Positions 8,647 through 20,206 of a DNA stretch of 64,000 nucleotides are shown here, in pieces. Numbering within the stretch: the stretch's first letter is position 1; each line of letters starts with the position of its first letter. This DNA comes from a virus (taxonomy: Duplodnaviria; Caudoviricetes), in the IMG/VR virus record IMGVR_UViG_3300006169_000026, positions 2,697 through 66,696 of that record; one strand, given 5' to 3'. The notes under the pieces were generated by a model, which did not search any database, had not been told where the DNA came from, and was given only the letters and a program-made list of their open reading frames with translations. The position numbers and the translations under genes were made by a program.

Positions 8647-10785
8647 ATGCCGAGAGCAGCAGCAGTCAGCCTCACGCTCGACAACTCGAGCTTTCTCGCC
8701 ACCTGCAGGGAGACGCAGGGCGAGGTCGACAAGCTCGGGCGCCAGGGCGAGCGCTCGATGCGCCTCATCACGCATGCGACCGACGCGGCGAAGCGATCGA
8801 TCGGCGGGATGCTCAGCGAGGGGCGCCGGCTCGGCGGGATGCTCACGACGCTCGGCGGGGCGTGGAGCGCGGGCAACGCCATCCGCGGCGCGGTGAAGCT
8901 GAAGAGCGCGTACCGCGAGATCGCCTTCGGCGTGAAGGACGCCAACGGCGCCATGCTCACGTCCGCGCAGGTGCAGCAAACGGTCGAGCGCGCGGCAGCG
9001 AAGACGGGCCAGCTCAACGAGAACATGGCGCAGACGTACCGGGAGCTGATCGACGCGACCGGCGATCTGGAGTTCTCCCGGCGCACGCTCGAAGCCGTGG
9101 GGCACACGAGTCTGGCCACGGGCGCCGAGCTCGGCGAGACGGCGGAGCTCGCGGACCAGCTGCACACGAAGTTCGGCGTCGCCTCCGACGGCATGCAGGA
9201 CGCGCTCGCGCAGGTCTTCGGCGCGGCGAAGCAGGGCGGCCCGAGCTTCAGCCAGTTTTCCGAGGTCATCGGCGCCGCCGGGCAGGAGATGCTCAGCGCC
9301 GGACTCGAGGGAAAGCGCGGGCTCGACTTCATGCTCGGCGCGCTGGTCGCCACCGACGACCGCTTCAAGAGCCTGCCGAAGCAGATCACCGGATTGAAGG
9401 CGGTGCTCCGCGGGCTCTCCAACGCGGGCGAGCTAAACAAGATCGCCGCGAAGCTCGGGCTCGACCCGGCCGCGCTCCGGGCGCAGGGCGACGCGCTCGC
9501 CCGGCTCCGCACGATCCTCGGCAAGGGCAAGGCTGGCGTCTCCGCGCTCACGGGCTCGATGGCCCCGGGCGAAGAGAAGGAGACGATGGAGATCCTCTTC
9601 ACGAAGCCGTTTGAGCAGGCGCTCGCGGAAGCCCAGAAAGCTGGGCTCAAGGGGAAGGCCGCGATCGACAGCGCACTCGCGATGTTCGACCGCCGCATCG
9701 GCGACTTCGGCAAAGCCACGATGAGCGGCGCCGAGATGCTCAAAGAGGCGGAGCGCGCGCGCCAGTCTCCGGAGGCGCAACTCACCGCCGCGATCAACCG
9801 CCTGAACAACGCCTTCGCGCAGCCGGCGATCATCAACGCGATCGACAAGCTGGCGCAGAAGCTCCCGGAGCTGGCGGACATCGTCGGCAAGGTCGTCGCT
9901 TTCGCAGCCGAGAATCCGCTGCTCGCCACCGCGGGCGGCGTCGCGGGCAAGCTCGCGCTCGACTCGGCCGGGAGCTTCGCGAGCGACATGCTCAGCAACT
10001 GGCTTTCGAGCAAGCTGGGCGGGAAGGGGAAGGGCGCTGGCGGCGCCATCGGCGCAGCTGCGCAGGCTGCCGCGCGCGGGATGCAGCAGCAGCAACTCCC
10101 CTGGTTCGCAAAGGTCGACGAGCCCTGGCTGCCGCAGGAACTCAAAGCCATCGGCAGGAGCGGCGGGATCCCGGGCGTCGGCCGCGCTGGGCTGAGCGTG
10201 GGCGTCGCGGGCGGCATCTTCGCGGCGATCGCCGCTGGCGGGATCGCCGGGGCGATGGGCATCCACAGCTCGTACGAAGACGAAGCCAGCGTGATGCGCG
10301 AGCTCCAGGACGCGACCAACGCAGCGCGCGGGGGCGGCTCGCTCGCGGAGAAGCGCGCAGCGCTCGAGCGACTCAAGGCCGCGCGCAGCGCAGCGAAGGG
10401 GGCGGATATCGGCGGCGGCTTCATGGATTGGATCGGGCGCAGCGTGACCGGCGTGGACACCCGGCAGATCGCCGCCGACCAGATGCGCCAGGCCGCGGAC
10501 GCGATGGCGCGCCTGGTCGCTGAGCTCAACGGGCGGAGCCCCACTTCTTCGACCGGCGTGGTGCGCGTGCCCGAGACCAACATCATCGGCCGGGTGAAGG
10601 TCGACCCGGACGCGAGCCGCAGCATGGCTCAGGCGACGGCGACGGCGCTCGGTGGTAAGGTGCTTACCGTTCGGATCGCCAACCCGCGCGACATCCAAAT
10701 CGGACCCGTCTCCGTGACCAGCGGCACCGGTGGATCGCGCGGCCCCATGCAACCCGACGCGCTCCGCCCGGGCGGCGCCGTCTAA
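8647..10785 (+). CDS. Tape measure protein
   Basis: 712 aa, Ala/Gly-rich and helical, follows the chaperones. Confidence 0.85.
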   Translation: MPRAAAVSLTLDNSSFLATCRETQGEVDKLGRQGERSMRLITHATDAAKRSIGGMLSEGRRLGGMLTTLGGAWSAGNAIRGAVKLKSAYREIAFGVKDANGAMLTSAQVQQTVERAAAKTGQLNENMAQTYRELIDATGDLEFSRRTLEAVGHTSLATGAELGETAELADQLHTKFGVASDGMQDALAQVFGAAKQGGPSFSQFSEVIGAAGQEMLSAGLEGKRGLDFMLGALVATDDRFKSLPKQITGLKAVLRGLSNAGELNKIAAKLGLDPAALRAQGDALARLRTILGKGKAGVSALTGSMAPGEEKETMEILFTKPFEQALAEAQKAGLKGKAAIDSALAMFDRRIGDFGKATMSGAEMLKEAERARQSPEAQLTAAINRLNNAFAQPAIINAIDKLAQKLPELADIVGKVVAFAAENPLLATAGGVAGKLALDSAGSFASDMLSNWLSSKLGGKGKGAGGAIGAAAQAAARGMQQQQLPWFAKVDEPWLPQELKAIGRSGGIPGVGRAGLSVGVAGGIFAAIAAGGIAGAMGIHSSYEDEASVMRELQDATNAARGGGSLAEKRAALERLKAARSAAKGADIGGGFMDWIGRSVTGVDTRQIAADQMRQAADAMARLVAELNGRSPTSSTGVVRVPETNIIGRVKVDPDASRSMAQATATALGGKVLTVRIANPRDIQIGPVSVTSGTGGSRGPMQPDALRPGGAV

Positions 10786-10800
10786 CCCCGGAGAGAAGCC

Positions 10801-11133
10801 ATGGCGTCGAGAATCGTATTCGCGTTCACGATCGGGAAGGTCGAAGAGAAGGGCTGGGATTATCGAATCGTGCCCGCAGACACCGAGCAATTCACGGCGG
10901 TGCTCGTCGACGCGCAGTGGGTGAAAGACCACGCGCCGCAGCCGGGCGGCACGATCACGCGCTACGACAACGGCTTCTACGCTTACACGCCGCCGCGCTC
11001 GACGGAGTCGCCGCCGGCGCCGCCCGTGTTCGATGGCGGTCCGTCGCTCGCGGAGCGCGAAAGCCTGACGCTCGGGCCCGACGACGTCGGCAAGCTGTCC
11101 GATCCCGAAGATGAGCGCGAGCTCGAGCCGTGA
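10801..11133 (+). CDS. Hypothetical protein
   Basis: 110 aa, SD ggaga, stop overlaps the next GTG. Confidence 0.6.
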   Translation: MASRIVFAFTIGKVEEKGWDYRIVPADTEQFTAVLVDAQWVKDHAPQPGGTITRYDNGFYAYTPPRSTESPPAPPVFDGGPSLAERESLTLGPDDVGKLSDPEDERELEP

Positions 11134-12080
11134 CGACGAAGATCTTCGAGCAGTACCCGGAAGCGAGTTGGCGCCCCGATGGCGCGACCGACGCGATCGC
11201 CTTCCCCGTCGAGAGCATCGACGAGCAGGGCGGCAACCGCATCGTGCGCCACCGGCGGCCCCACCGCGACGGAGCGCGGCTCGAAGACACGGGCTCGAAT
11301 GAGACCGTCTGGACGCTGATCGCGCCGTTCAACGCGACATACACCGAGGCCGTCCGCAACGGCGTCCCGCTCTATCCGACCGTGCTGCGCCAGCTCGTCC
11401 GGAGCTTTCGCACGCACGCGACGGGCGATCTCGTGGTGCCGACGGTCGGCAAGGTGCGCGCGCGCGCCGAGACATACAAGCGGCGCGAGACGCACGAAGA
11501 GCGAGACCACGCGGTGCTCGAGCTGATCTTCGTCGAAGACAACGAAGAGTCGCTCGACCGCGTCGCGCTCAATCCGCCAGCGGTGGTCTCCACGCTCCGG
11601 AAGCTCAGCGAGCAAACCACATTCAGCGCCGAGCGCAACGGCGTGTGGAACGAAGACGTCCGCTCGCTGAGCGAGTTCGCTTCCGAAGTCGAGGGGCTGC
11701 TGCTCGCACCCGGCCGGGCCGCGGCCGACCTCGGCGCCGTCGTGCGGAGCCACCGCAACCAGGTCCGGCGCATGACCGATGCCGCGACCAAGCTCGCGAC
11801 GCAGACCGGGGGGCTCTTCGCGGAGCCGCGCGGCAGCGAGACACAGCGGCAGTTCCGGACGATCCAGGACCGCGAAGCCCTCGCCGAGGTCGAGCGCACG
11901 TCGTCGCTCCCGCGCGTGGTGCCGTACGTGGTGGACGTCGAGCGGACCAGCATCCTGGAGATCGCGGCTCGGCTGAACCAGGACTTCGCCGATCTCCTGG
12001 AGCTGAACGCCGCGCGCATCGCGGATCCATTCGACATCGAGCGCGGCACCGTGCTGCGCGTCTTCGAGCGCGCGGCATGA
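11130..12080 (+). CDS. Mu gpN-like DNA-circularization-domain protein with a C-terminal LysM-like domain
   Basis: GGNRIVRHRRPHRDGARLEDTG N-terminal motif; C-terminal SILEIAARL...LLELN..IADPFDIERGTVLRV. Confidence 0.8.
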   Translation: MTTKIFEQYPEASWRPDGATDAIAFPVESIDEQGGNRIVRHRRPHRDGARLEDTGSNETVWTLIAPFNATYTEAVRNGVPLYPTVLRQLVRSFRTHATGDLVVPTVGKVRARAETYKRRETHEERDHAVLELIFVEDNEESLDRVALNPPAVVSTLRKLSEQTTFSAERNGVWNEDVRSLSEFASEVEGLLLAPGRAAADLGAVVRSHRNQVRRMTDAATKLATQTGGLFAEPRGSETQRQFRTIQDREALAEVERTSSLPRVVPYVVDVERTSILEIAARLNQDFADLLELNAARIADPFDIERGTVLRVFERAA

Positions 12081-12256
12081 GCATCAACGAGCCCGACAAC
12101 GAAGACGCCTTTCGGAAGATGCTCTTCGCTCATCGCATCGGGACTGACTGGGATCCGATCGAGACACCGAGCGAATACTCGAAGTGGGCCGCACAGGTCC
12201 GCGCGAAGTGGATGATGGAGCGCGGCATCAAACCGCGGCGACCCGATGGCGCGTAG
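12077..12256 (+). CDS. Small hypothetical protein
   Basis: ATGA overlap; 59 aa MSINEPDNEDAF... Confidence 0.5.
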   Translation: MSINEPDNEDAFRKMLFAHRIGTDWDPIETPSEYSKWAAQVRAKWMMERGIKPRRPDGA

Positions 12257-13394
12257 CCCACTCGACATCGTCCGGATCAACGCGCTCGGCACGCCCGAGA
12301 ACACGACGCTCTTCGACTTCAACTTCTCCGACTTCACCTCCTTCGTCATCACGAATAGCATCACGGGCCCCGCTGAAGCGCGCTTCGAACTCGGCGACGA
12401 CTCGGGCTATCCCCGCCTGCAGGAGCTGTGCGGTCTCGGCGCGCAGTTCGTCGTGATGGTCAACGACCGCCCGCGCATCACCGGGCGCGTCGAAGCCACG
12501 AGCTCACCGTGCGACGCCGACAAGGGCACTGTGCAGTCGTTCGTGGTGCGGACCCGGATGAGCGACGCGGTGATCTCGAGCGCGCCGCAGGGCATCCGGC
12601 TGAAGAACGCCAGCATCAAAGACTTCGTGCTCGCGTGCTACGAGGGGATCGGGCTCACCGAGAGCGACTTCGACTTCCAGGTCGACGTGAGCCGCGATCT
12701 GATGACCGGCAAAGACAGCCGCGGGCAGCGCCCGGCGCGCTCGCTCGAGCCGCTCAAAGAGGAGTCAGCGAAGGTCAACCCGCCCGAGAGCACGTACTCG
12801 GCCGTCGACCGCCATCTCCGCCGGCACGGCATGCTTCACTGGGATGGCCCGGACGGGCGGATCATCGTGGGCTCGCCCGATGATCAGCAGGAGCCGCTCG
12901 GCGCGCTCTGCTGCTATCGACCACCCTATACGCAGGCTAACAACCTGCTGTCGATAGAGCGCGTCCAGGACGTGAGCCAGGCGCCGACGATCCTCGGTGT
13001 GTTTGGCATCAGCGCCGGGAAGGACTTCTCGAAGACCCGGCTGTGGGCGCAGCTCCAGAACGACGACCTGATTCGCCGCGGCTTCCGGCGCGCGGTCGTG
13101 ATCAACGACGAAGCCCTGCGCACGATCCCGCTCACCGAGAGCCGCGCTCGGCGCGAGCTCGCGACGCGCAACCGTGGGCTCGACCGGATCATCGTGACCG
13201 TCGACGGGCTCTCATACAACGAGGGCGTCGAGCTTTTCCCGTGGGCGCCGGACACCGTCTTCGACGTCACGGCGAGCCACCTCGGCGGGTCGATCGGCAA
13301 CTACTACGTCGAAGACGTCGAGCTGCGCCGGAGCGCCGACGCCGGCGACGTCTCGCAGATCGTGCTCGTGAAGCAGGGCGTTTGGGTGCTATAG
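12246..13394 (+). CDS. Baseplate hub (Mu gpP/gp44-like)
   Basis: 382 aa, AKVNPPESTYSAVDRHL...LHWDGPDGRIIV and PWAPD motifs; synteny. Confidence 0.8.
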   Translation: MARSPLDIVRINALGTPENTTLFDFNFSDFTSFVITNSITGPAEARFELGDDSGYPRLQELCGLGAQFVVMVNDRPRITGRVEATSSPCDADKGTVQSFVVRTRMSDAVISSAPQGIRLKNASIKDFVLACYEGIGLTESDFDFQVDVSRDLMTGKDSRGQRPARSLEPLKEESAKVNPPESTYSAVDRHLRRHGMLHWDGPDGRIIVGSPDDQQEPLGALCCYRPPYTQANNLLSIERVQDVSQAPTILGVFGISAGKDFSKTRLWAQLQNDDLIRRGFRRAVVINDEALRTIPLTESRARRELATRNRGLDRIIVTVDGLSYNEGVELFPWAPDTVFDVTASHLGGSIGNYYVEDVELRRSADAGDVSQIVLVKQGVWVL

Positions 13395-13401
13395 AACGCA
13401 C

Positions 13402-13475
<74 letters not shown>

Positions 13476-13559
13476 CTGACGACCCGCGGCACCGAGCTTC
13501 TCGCTTGAGGGTGAGCGGCGCGGCGAAGGTCGCGGCACAGGAGCCGCGGGTCGTCACGC

Positions 13560-13922
13560 CTATCGCGCTGGCGGTATGCCGAGCTCGGCGCACACCTCGA
13601 GCGCGCAGACGCGGAACGCACGGGCGATCATCAGCTGAAGCAACTCTCGGCGCGCGCCCGGGAGCGAGCTCGCCGCGTGTTCCCAACGGAAGCTGAAGCC
13701 CTCGGCGATCACGAGCCAGATCTCGACGGAGCCGCCGACCCCGAGCCGCACCGTCGGCACGACGGGAAAGCCGAGATACTCGCGGAGTTCCCGCGGCGCA
13801 ATCGTCGTGAGCACGAGCTTCGGGCACGCGATCGCGCGGAGCTGATTGCGCTGGCGGATCTTCTCGAGCTCGAAGCTCTCGGCTTCTCGGCGCGCGCTTT
13901 GGTCGTTCACGTAGTCGCTCAC
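13560..13922 (-). CDS. Hypothetical protein (VSDYVNDQ...)
   Basis: GTG start overlaps the TGA of the ATPase gene; 120 aa. Confidence 0.55.
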   Translation of the reverse strand: MSDYVNDQSARREAESFELEKIRQRNQLRAIACPKLVLTTIAPRELREYLGFPVVPTVRLGVGGSVEIWLVIAEGFSFRWEHAASSLPGARRELLQLMIARAFRVCALEVCAELGIPPAR

Positions 13923-15622
13923 CCGCGGAGCTCCGGTGCGAGCGAGAGCTTCTCGCCGCGGCCGCCGGCGACGAGCCCGAGCGTGCGGAGCCGCCCGAGC
14001 GGGTTGTTGAATCCGCCTGTGCCGGGCGCGTACCCGGCGAGCTCCGCGAGCTCCGTCGGCGAGACCGGCTTCGAGCACTCGGCGAGCTCGTCGAGAATCT
14101 TCCGCATCGCGCCGTCCATGCGCGGATGCGTGAGCCACCAATTCAAGAGCGAGCGGCCATGCCGCGGCGGTCGCTCGACAGTGCCGATCGCGCGGATACC
14201 CGCGGCCGTCGGCCCGATCAAGTCCGACCCTTCGACGAAGCCGCCGCTCCGGAGCCGGCTTAACGGGTTGTTGAAGCCGCCGCCTTTGCCCGCGTAGTTG
14301 GCGAGATACGCGAGTCGCCGTTTCGGGATCAAACCGTGCACGACGAGCACCGTGAGAATCTTCCGCATCGGTCCGTCGAGCTCGCCCGCTACAGCCGTCG
14401 AGCGCAACGGCTTCTCGTCTGGTAGCCGGCGCTTCTCGTTGGCGGCCTTGCTCGTGGCGAGCGAGTGCGCGACCAACTTCGGCAGCGGTGCGCGTGTCGG
14501 CGTTGGATGGGGCTCGCCGGACTTGTCTTCGCGAATCAACGCGCTCGCCTGCTCGGCTAGCGCGAGTGCGCGCTCAATCTTGTTTTCGAGCACGGCTACA
14601 CGAGCGAGCGCGGTATCCCGCTCGGCTTCCGCGGCGACGAGCCGGCGGAGTAGATCGTCGGCGCCCGCGTCGCGCTTCGCGGGTGGCTCGTCTTTGGTCC
14701 CGAGCGCGCCGAGCGCGTCGATGATGGTTGCGAGCTCCGCGCGAGCGGTCTTCACCGGGAGCGGCTTCCCGCGCTGCCCGAGAACCGGCGTGCTCGAGCC
14801 GTCGAACGTTCGCTTCTTTGCGATCCGGATGCGCTTGAAGACGCGGAGCCACGACGGCGACCAACAGAAGAACTCGCCGGGCGAGAGCTTCGGGAGCTCG
14901 GCGAGCGCTGCGTTGCTCACGCCGTCGGCGGCGCCGGTCTCGTCGACCCAACCGGTGATGGCTTTGCGTTCGTGGGGCCCGCGGAGTTGGCCGACGAAGA
15001 GGCACTCGATCTGGTTGAGCACCTCCTTCGAGACCGACTGCGGGCGCTGCGTGACCAGCATCGAGCCGAGCCCGTGGTTGCGCCCGAGCCGGACTATGTC
15101 CGTGATGGCGCCGAGCATGCGCTCTTCGCCCCGGGCCGCGTGCTGCGGCGCGAAGAGCTGGGCTTCCTCGAGCACGACCATGAACGGGCTCTTCGCGATC
15201 CGCGCCGTGCGGAACATCGCTTCAGCGAAGTGCGCGACGTAGTCCTTCCGCTTCGACTTGCTGAGCTCGGAGACGTCGACGATGGCGCTCACGCCGTGCA
15301 TCACCAGGTAGCTCCCGAGCTGGCCCGCGCTGTCTTCGACGAGCGGCACGTCCGCGCGCTCGCCGCCAACGACCACGACGCCGAGCCCGGGGCCTTTGCC
15401 GTCGGCCGCCAGCGTGACCGAGCTCCAGTTGCCGATCGGGTCGAAGACCACGAACGGCGCCCCCGCGTCGTGGAGCTGCTCGACGAAGACGCCAGCGAGA
15501 TACGACTTCCCCGCGCCCTTCGCCGCGATCGCGCCGAGCGTCTGCGTGCAAGCCGCGCTCGCGGGCATCGACAGGTCGGCGGCGATTCGGACTTCGGGCG
15601 CGGCCGTTGCGGCAGCGGCCAT
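13919..15622 (-). CDS. HerA/DUF87-like P-loop ATPase with coiled coil and two C-terminal winged-helix repeats
   Basis: Walker A AAKGAGKS, VVFDPIG, Walker B VVLEEAQ, GRNHGLGSMLVTQRPQ; twice-repeated MRKIL...GGFNNPL.RLR..G. Confidence 0.8.
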   Translation of the reverse strand: MAAAATAAPEVRIAADLSMPASAACTQTLGAIAAKGAGKSYLAGVFVEQLHDAGAPFVVFDPIGNWSSVTLAADGKGPGLGVVVVGGERADVPLVEDSAGQLGSYLVMHGVSAIVDVSELSKSKRKDYVAHFAEAMFRTARIAKSPFMVVLEEAQLFAPQHAARGEERMLGAITDIVRLGRNHGLGSMLVTQRPQSVSKEVLNQIECLFVGQLRGPHERKAITGWVDETGAADGVSNAALAELPKLSPGEFFCWSPSWLRVFKRIRIAKKRTFDGSSTPVLGQRGKPLPVKTARAELATIIDALGALGTKDEPPAKRDAGADDLLRRLVAAEAERDTALARVAVLENKIERALALAEQASALIREDKSGEPHPTPTRAPLPKLVAHSLATSKAANEKRRLPDEKPLRSTAVAGELDGPMRKILTVLVVHGLIPKRRLAYLANYAGKGGGFNNPLSRLRSGGFVEGSDLIGPTAAGIRAIGTVERPPRHGRSLLNWWLTHPRMDGAMRKILDELAECSKPVSPTELAELAGYAPGTGGFNNPLGRLRTLGLVAGGRGEKLSLAPELRG

Positions 15623-15849
15623 CAGTGCTTCGTCCCGGCGCCGCAATCGCAATCGGGATGGTCGCACTGCGGTGGCGAGCTCATCATCTCGGTGAGTTTC
15701 TCGGGCGAGATCGTCCCGACGGGTCCGTGCGCGCGGCAACTCACCGCGAGTCCGTCTGGCGTGATGCCGATCTCGAGCCGCTCCTTCTTACCGGCCCGTT
15801 GCGTTAGACAACGCTTGCAATGCAAATACGTGAATGCGCCTGGAATCAT
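15622..15849 (-). CDS. Small Cys/His-rich protein
   Basis: 75 aa, HCKRC...CRAH...CDHPDCDC; TGATG coupling to the ATPase. Confidence 0.65.
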   Translation of the reverse strand: MIPGAFTYLHCKRCLTQRAGKKERLEIGITPDGLAVSCRAHGPVGTISPEKLTEMMSSPPQCDHPDCDCGAGTKH

Positions 15850-15915
15850 GGGCCGATTGTATGTGCCGGCCCGGGCGAAATCCCCCTCGAAATCCGGATG
15901 GCCGTTTGCCGGCCC

Positions 15916-16128
15916 CTAGCAGGCCCGTAGAAGCGTCTTCCCCGGGGGGGCACCGGCAGCGCGGACTGGGGGAGGCGGGCGCAGCCGCGCTTCGGCTGGG
16001 CTGAGCGCAGCGCCGTCGTACGGAGCCCCGCAATCCTCGCACTGCGCGCGCTCGCCGGCAGCCGGTCTCGGGTCGGTCTCGACCACGATCCGCTCACCGC
16101 CACAGGTGGTGCAGTACGGCCGCCACAT
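15916..16128 (-). CDS. Small zinc-ribbon protein
   Basis: CTTC...CEDC motif. Confidence 0.55.
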   Translation of the reverse strand: MWRPYCTTCGGERIVVETDPRPAAGERAQCEDCGAPYDGAALSPAEARLRPPPPVRAAGAPPGKTLLRAC

Positions 16129-16357
16129 CTTCCGCGTAGTGTGGGATCGCACCGGCCACCTGGCAAGGGGATGCCGGCCACCGGGGCGAAGCGCCGCGGG
16201 ATCGCCGGATCAGCGATCCTATATGATCACCGCCTAGACGTTGATTTTTTCAAGTGAACTGACCGGACCAGCCGGGATCACCCAAAGCGCCGGTCCGAGG
16301 ATCGATCGCTCGCCCGCGTGGCGGTAACGCGCCGGGGTGCCCGGGGGCAACGATTTT

Positions 16358-16437
16358 CGCAGGGTCCCCCCCAATTAGCGCAGGGTCCCCCCCCAATTAG
16401 CGCAGGGTCCCCCCCCGATTAGCGCAGGGTCCCCCCC
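16358..16437 (+). repeat. Four tandem iterons CGCAGGGT-C7/8-(A/G)ATTAG, period 21-22 bp (plasmid origin)
   Basis: Units start at 16358, 16379, 16401 and 16423 (last one partial); directly upstream of the TrfA-like gene. Confidence 0.85.
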
Positions 16438-16499
16438 TCGGATCGGGCGCCGCTCGAAGCCCCGGGCGGTCTATGCTGGTCGCCGCCACGGAGGCGCCC

Positions 16500-17291
16500 A
16501 TGGCAGAGCAGCAGCAACTCGGCTTCCCATTCGCGGTGATTGAGCAACGGCGCCGCATGGCGATGCCGATAGAGTTCATCGGCGCGTCGCTCTTTTCGGC
16601 GCTCAACCGGAGCGCGAAGCCCGTTCACCACGCCCGGATGACCGAGGTCTCTCGAATGAACGGCTACCGGCTCTTCTACAAGGGCCGCGTGCTCACGCAG
16701 GCGCACGCCGACGTGTGGCTCGCCATCATCGAACTCTTCAAGCGGCAGCAGCGCACGAACGCGGGAATGGCCATCGAGTTCCACGCAAGCCAGGTGCTGC
16801 GGGTCCTCGGGAAGGTAGCGAACGCCAAGCGCCGCCACGAGCTGCACGAGCTCATCACGGACATGGTGGCGTGCGCCGTCCAGATCTCGCAGCCCGGCGT
16901 CGGCAAAGCCTGGGTTGGACCGATGGTCTTCGGCGAGATCGAGCACAACGAAATCACGGGCGAGACCCGATACAAGGTCGCCCTGCACCCGGTGCTCTGC
17001 CAGGCGTATCAACGGGGCTTCACGTCGTTCGAATGGCTCGAGCGGAAGGCGATCGGGAAGAACGAGCTCGCGCTCTGGCTCCATCAGTACCTGCTGGCGT
17101 TCCGCGATCCCGTGCCCGTCGCCGAGCTGCATCAGCATTCGTGGCAAGCACGGGGCGACCGGCGAGATGATCGCGCGGCTTTCCGGCACCGCCTGCGGAC
17201 GGCAGCGAACGCGCTCAAAGAGTTGGGGCTCATCGAGCGGTGGATGATCGACCCCGAGGACCGGCTGCACACGAAGGTGGCGAAGCGCTGA
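16500..17291 (+). CDS. trfA: TrfA-family plasmid replication initiator
   Basis: QQLGF...MAMP..FIGASLFS...YKGRVLTQAHADVWLAIIE...LKELGLIERW parallels RK2 TrfA motifs; TATGCT -10, SD ggagg, adjacent iterons. Confidence 0.8.
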   Translation: MAEQQQLGFPFAVIEQRRRMAMPIEFIGASLFSALNRSAKPVHHARMTEVSRMNGYRLFYKGRVLTQAHADVWLAIIELFKRQQRTNAGMAIEFHASQVLRVLGKVANAKRRHELHELITDMVACAVQISQPGVGKAWVGPMVFGEIEHNEITGETRYKVALHPVLCQAYQRGFTSFEWLERKAIGKNELALWLHQYLLAFRDPVPVAELHQHSWQARGDRRDDRAAFRHRLRTAANALKELGLIERWMIDPEDRLHTKVAKR

Positions 17292-17327
17292 TTCGACTCC
17301 GGCGCCCAGCCCCGGTAGACTCACCCG

Positions 17328-18065
17328 GTGAGCCTGCTCAACCAGGTTGCCGAGTTCGTGAAGGTCATCGCCTCGAGCCTGGGCTCGACCAACGGCGCGA
17401 CGCTAGCGAACGTCACCGGGATCGACGGCGGGGACGAGCAGACTCGCGAGAAGGGCAACGACGAGGAGATGTACCAGGCGCTCGGGGTGATCGGGCGCCC
17501 GCTCCCACCGGAGGGCGACGCATTCGCCGAAGCTCTCGCGGTCCGCACCGAAGACGGCTTCGTGCCGTTTGCGTGGCGCGACCTGCGGCTGCACCGCGCG
17601 CTCAACCCGAGCGGCGCTCCGACGACGCCGCGCGAGGGCCAACTGATGTTCGTCGGGTACGGCGGCGCGTTTCTGTCGCATTCGATGACCGATGGTAACA
17701 CGGGCTCGAAGCGCGGGAACGTCGTCACGCTCTACTGCCCGTACGACTTCGACGCCGACGGGGCGCCGCAAAAAGCGCACGCGATCATCATCGACCCGAC
17801 CGACGGCAACCGCGCCATCAGCATCGTGCACGGCTCCGGGCTCTTCTTCACCATGGCCGAAGACACCGGCTCGGGCCCGGGCATCGTCGCGAGCGTCGAT
17901 GGCTCGACCTTCATGCGGATGAGCCCGGGCGAGTTCTCTGTGAGCGCCGAGAAGATCCTGCTCAAGGGCAACTGCTACCTCGGGCGCCAGGCGGAAGCCG
18001 GAGCGCCGCTCCTACCCGGCATCGCGTCGCCGCCGTGCATGTCGTTGTACCTCTCGCCGGTGTGA
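17328..18065 (+). CDS. Baseplate spike/assembly protein (Mu gp45-like)
   Basis: 245 aa, EEMYQALGVIGRPLPPEG..AEALAV motif; expected after the hub in Mu synteny. Confidence 0.75.
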   Translation: MSLLNQVAEFVKVIASSLGSTNGATLANVTGIDGGDEQTREKGNDEEMYQALGVIGRPLPPEGDAFAEALAVRTEDGFVPFAWRDLRLHRALNPSGAPTTPREGQLMFVGYGGAFLSHSMTDGNTGSKRGNVVTLYCPYDFDADGAPQKAHAIIIDPTDGNRAISIVHGSGLFFTMAEDTGSGPGIVASVDGSTFMRMSPGEFSVSAEKILLKGNCYLGRQAEAGAPLLPGIASPPCMSLYLSPV

Positions 18066-18085
18066 TACCCTGACCGGCAGGCGCG
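18062..18085 (+). repeat. 24-bp repeat copy 1 GTGATACCCTGACCGGCAGGCGCG
   Basis: Exact reverse complement at 26242-26265. Confidence 0.9.
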
Positions 18086-18106
18086 ACCGCTCGAAGGAGC
18101 GCGCGC

Positions 18107-20194
<2,088 letters not shown>

Positions 20195-20206
20195 AAGGGG
20201 GGCGGC

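Noticed and set aside
8511-10932. Long antisense ORFs (e.g. 704 aa and 499 aa; similar ones opposite dnaB, terL, tailspike and portal)
   Set aside because: Expected shadows of GC-rich codon usage; Arg/Ala-rich with no motifs, and they overlap well-supported genes.
16358-16437. Tandem repeat as a mini CRISPR array
   Set aside because: Units abut with no unique spacers and there are no cas genes; period and position fit iterons.
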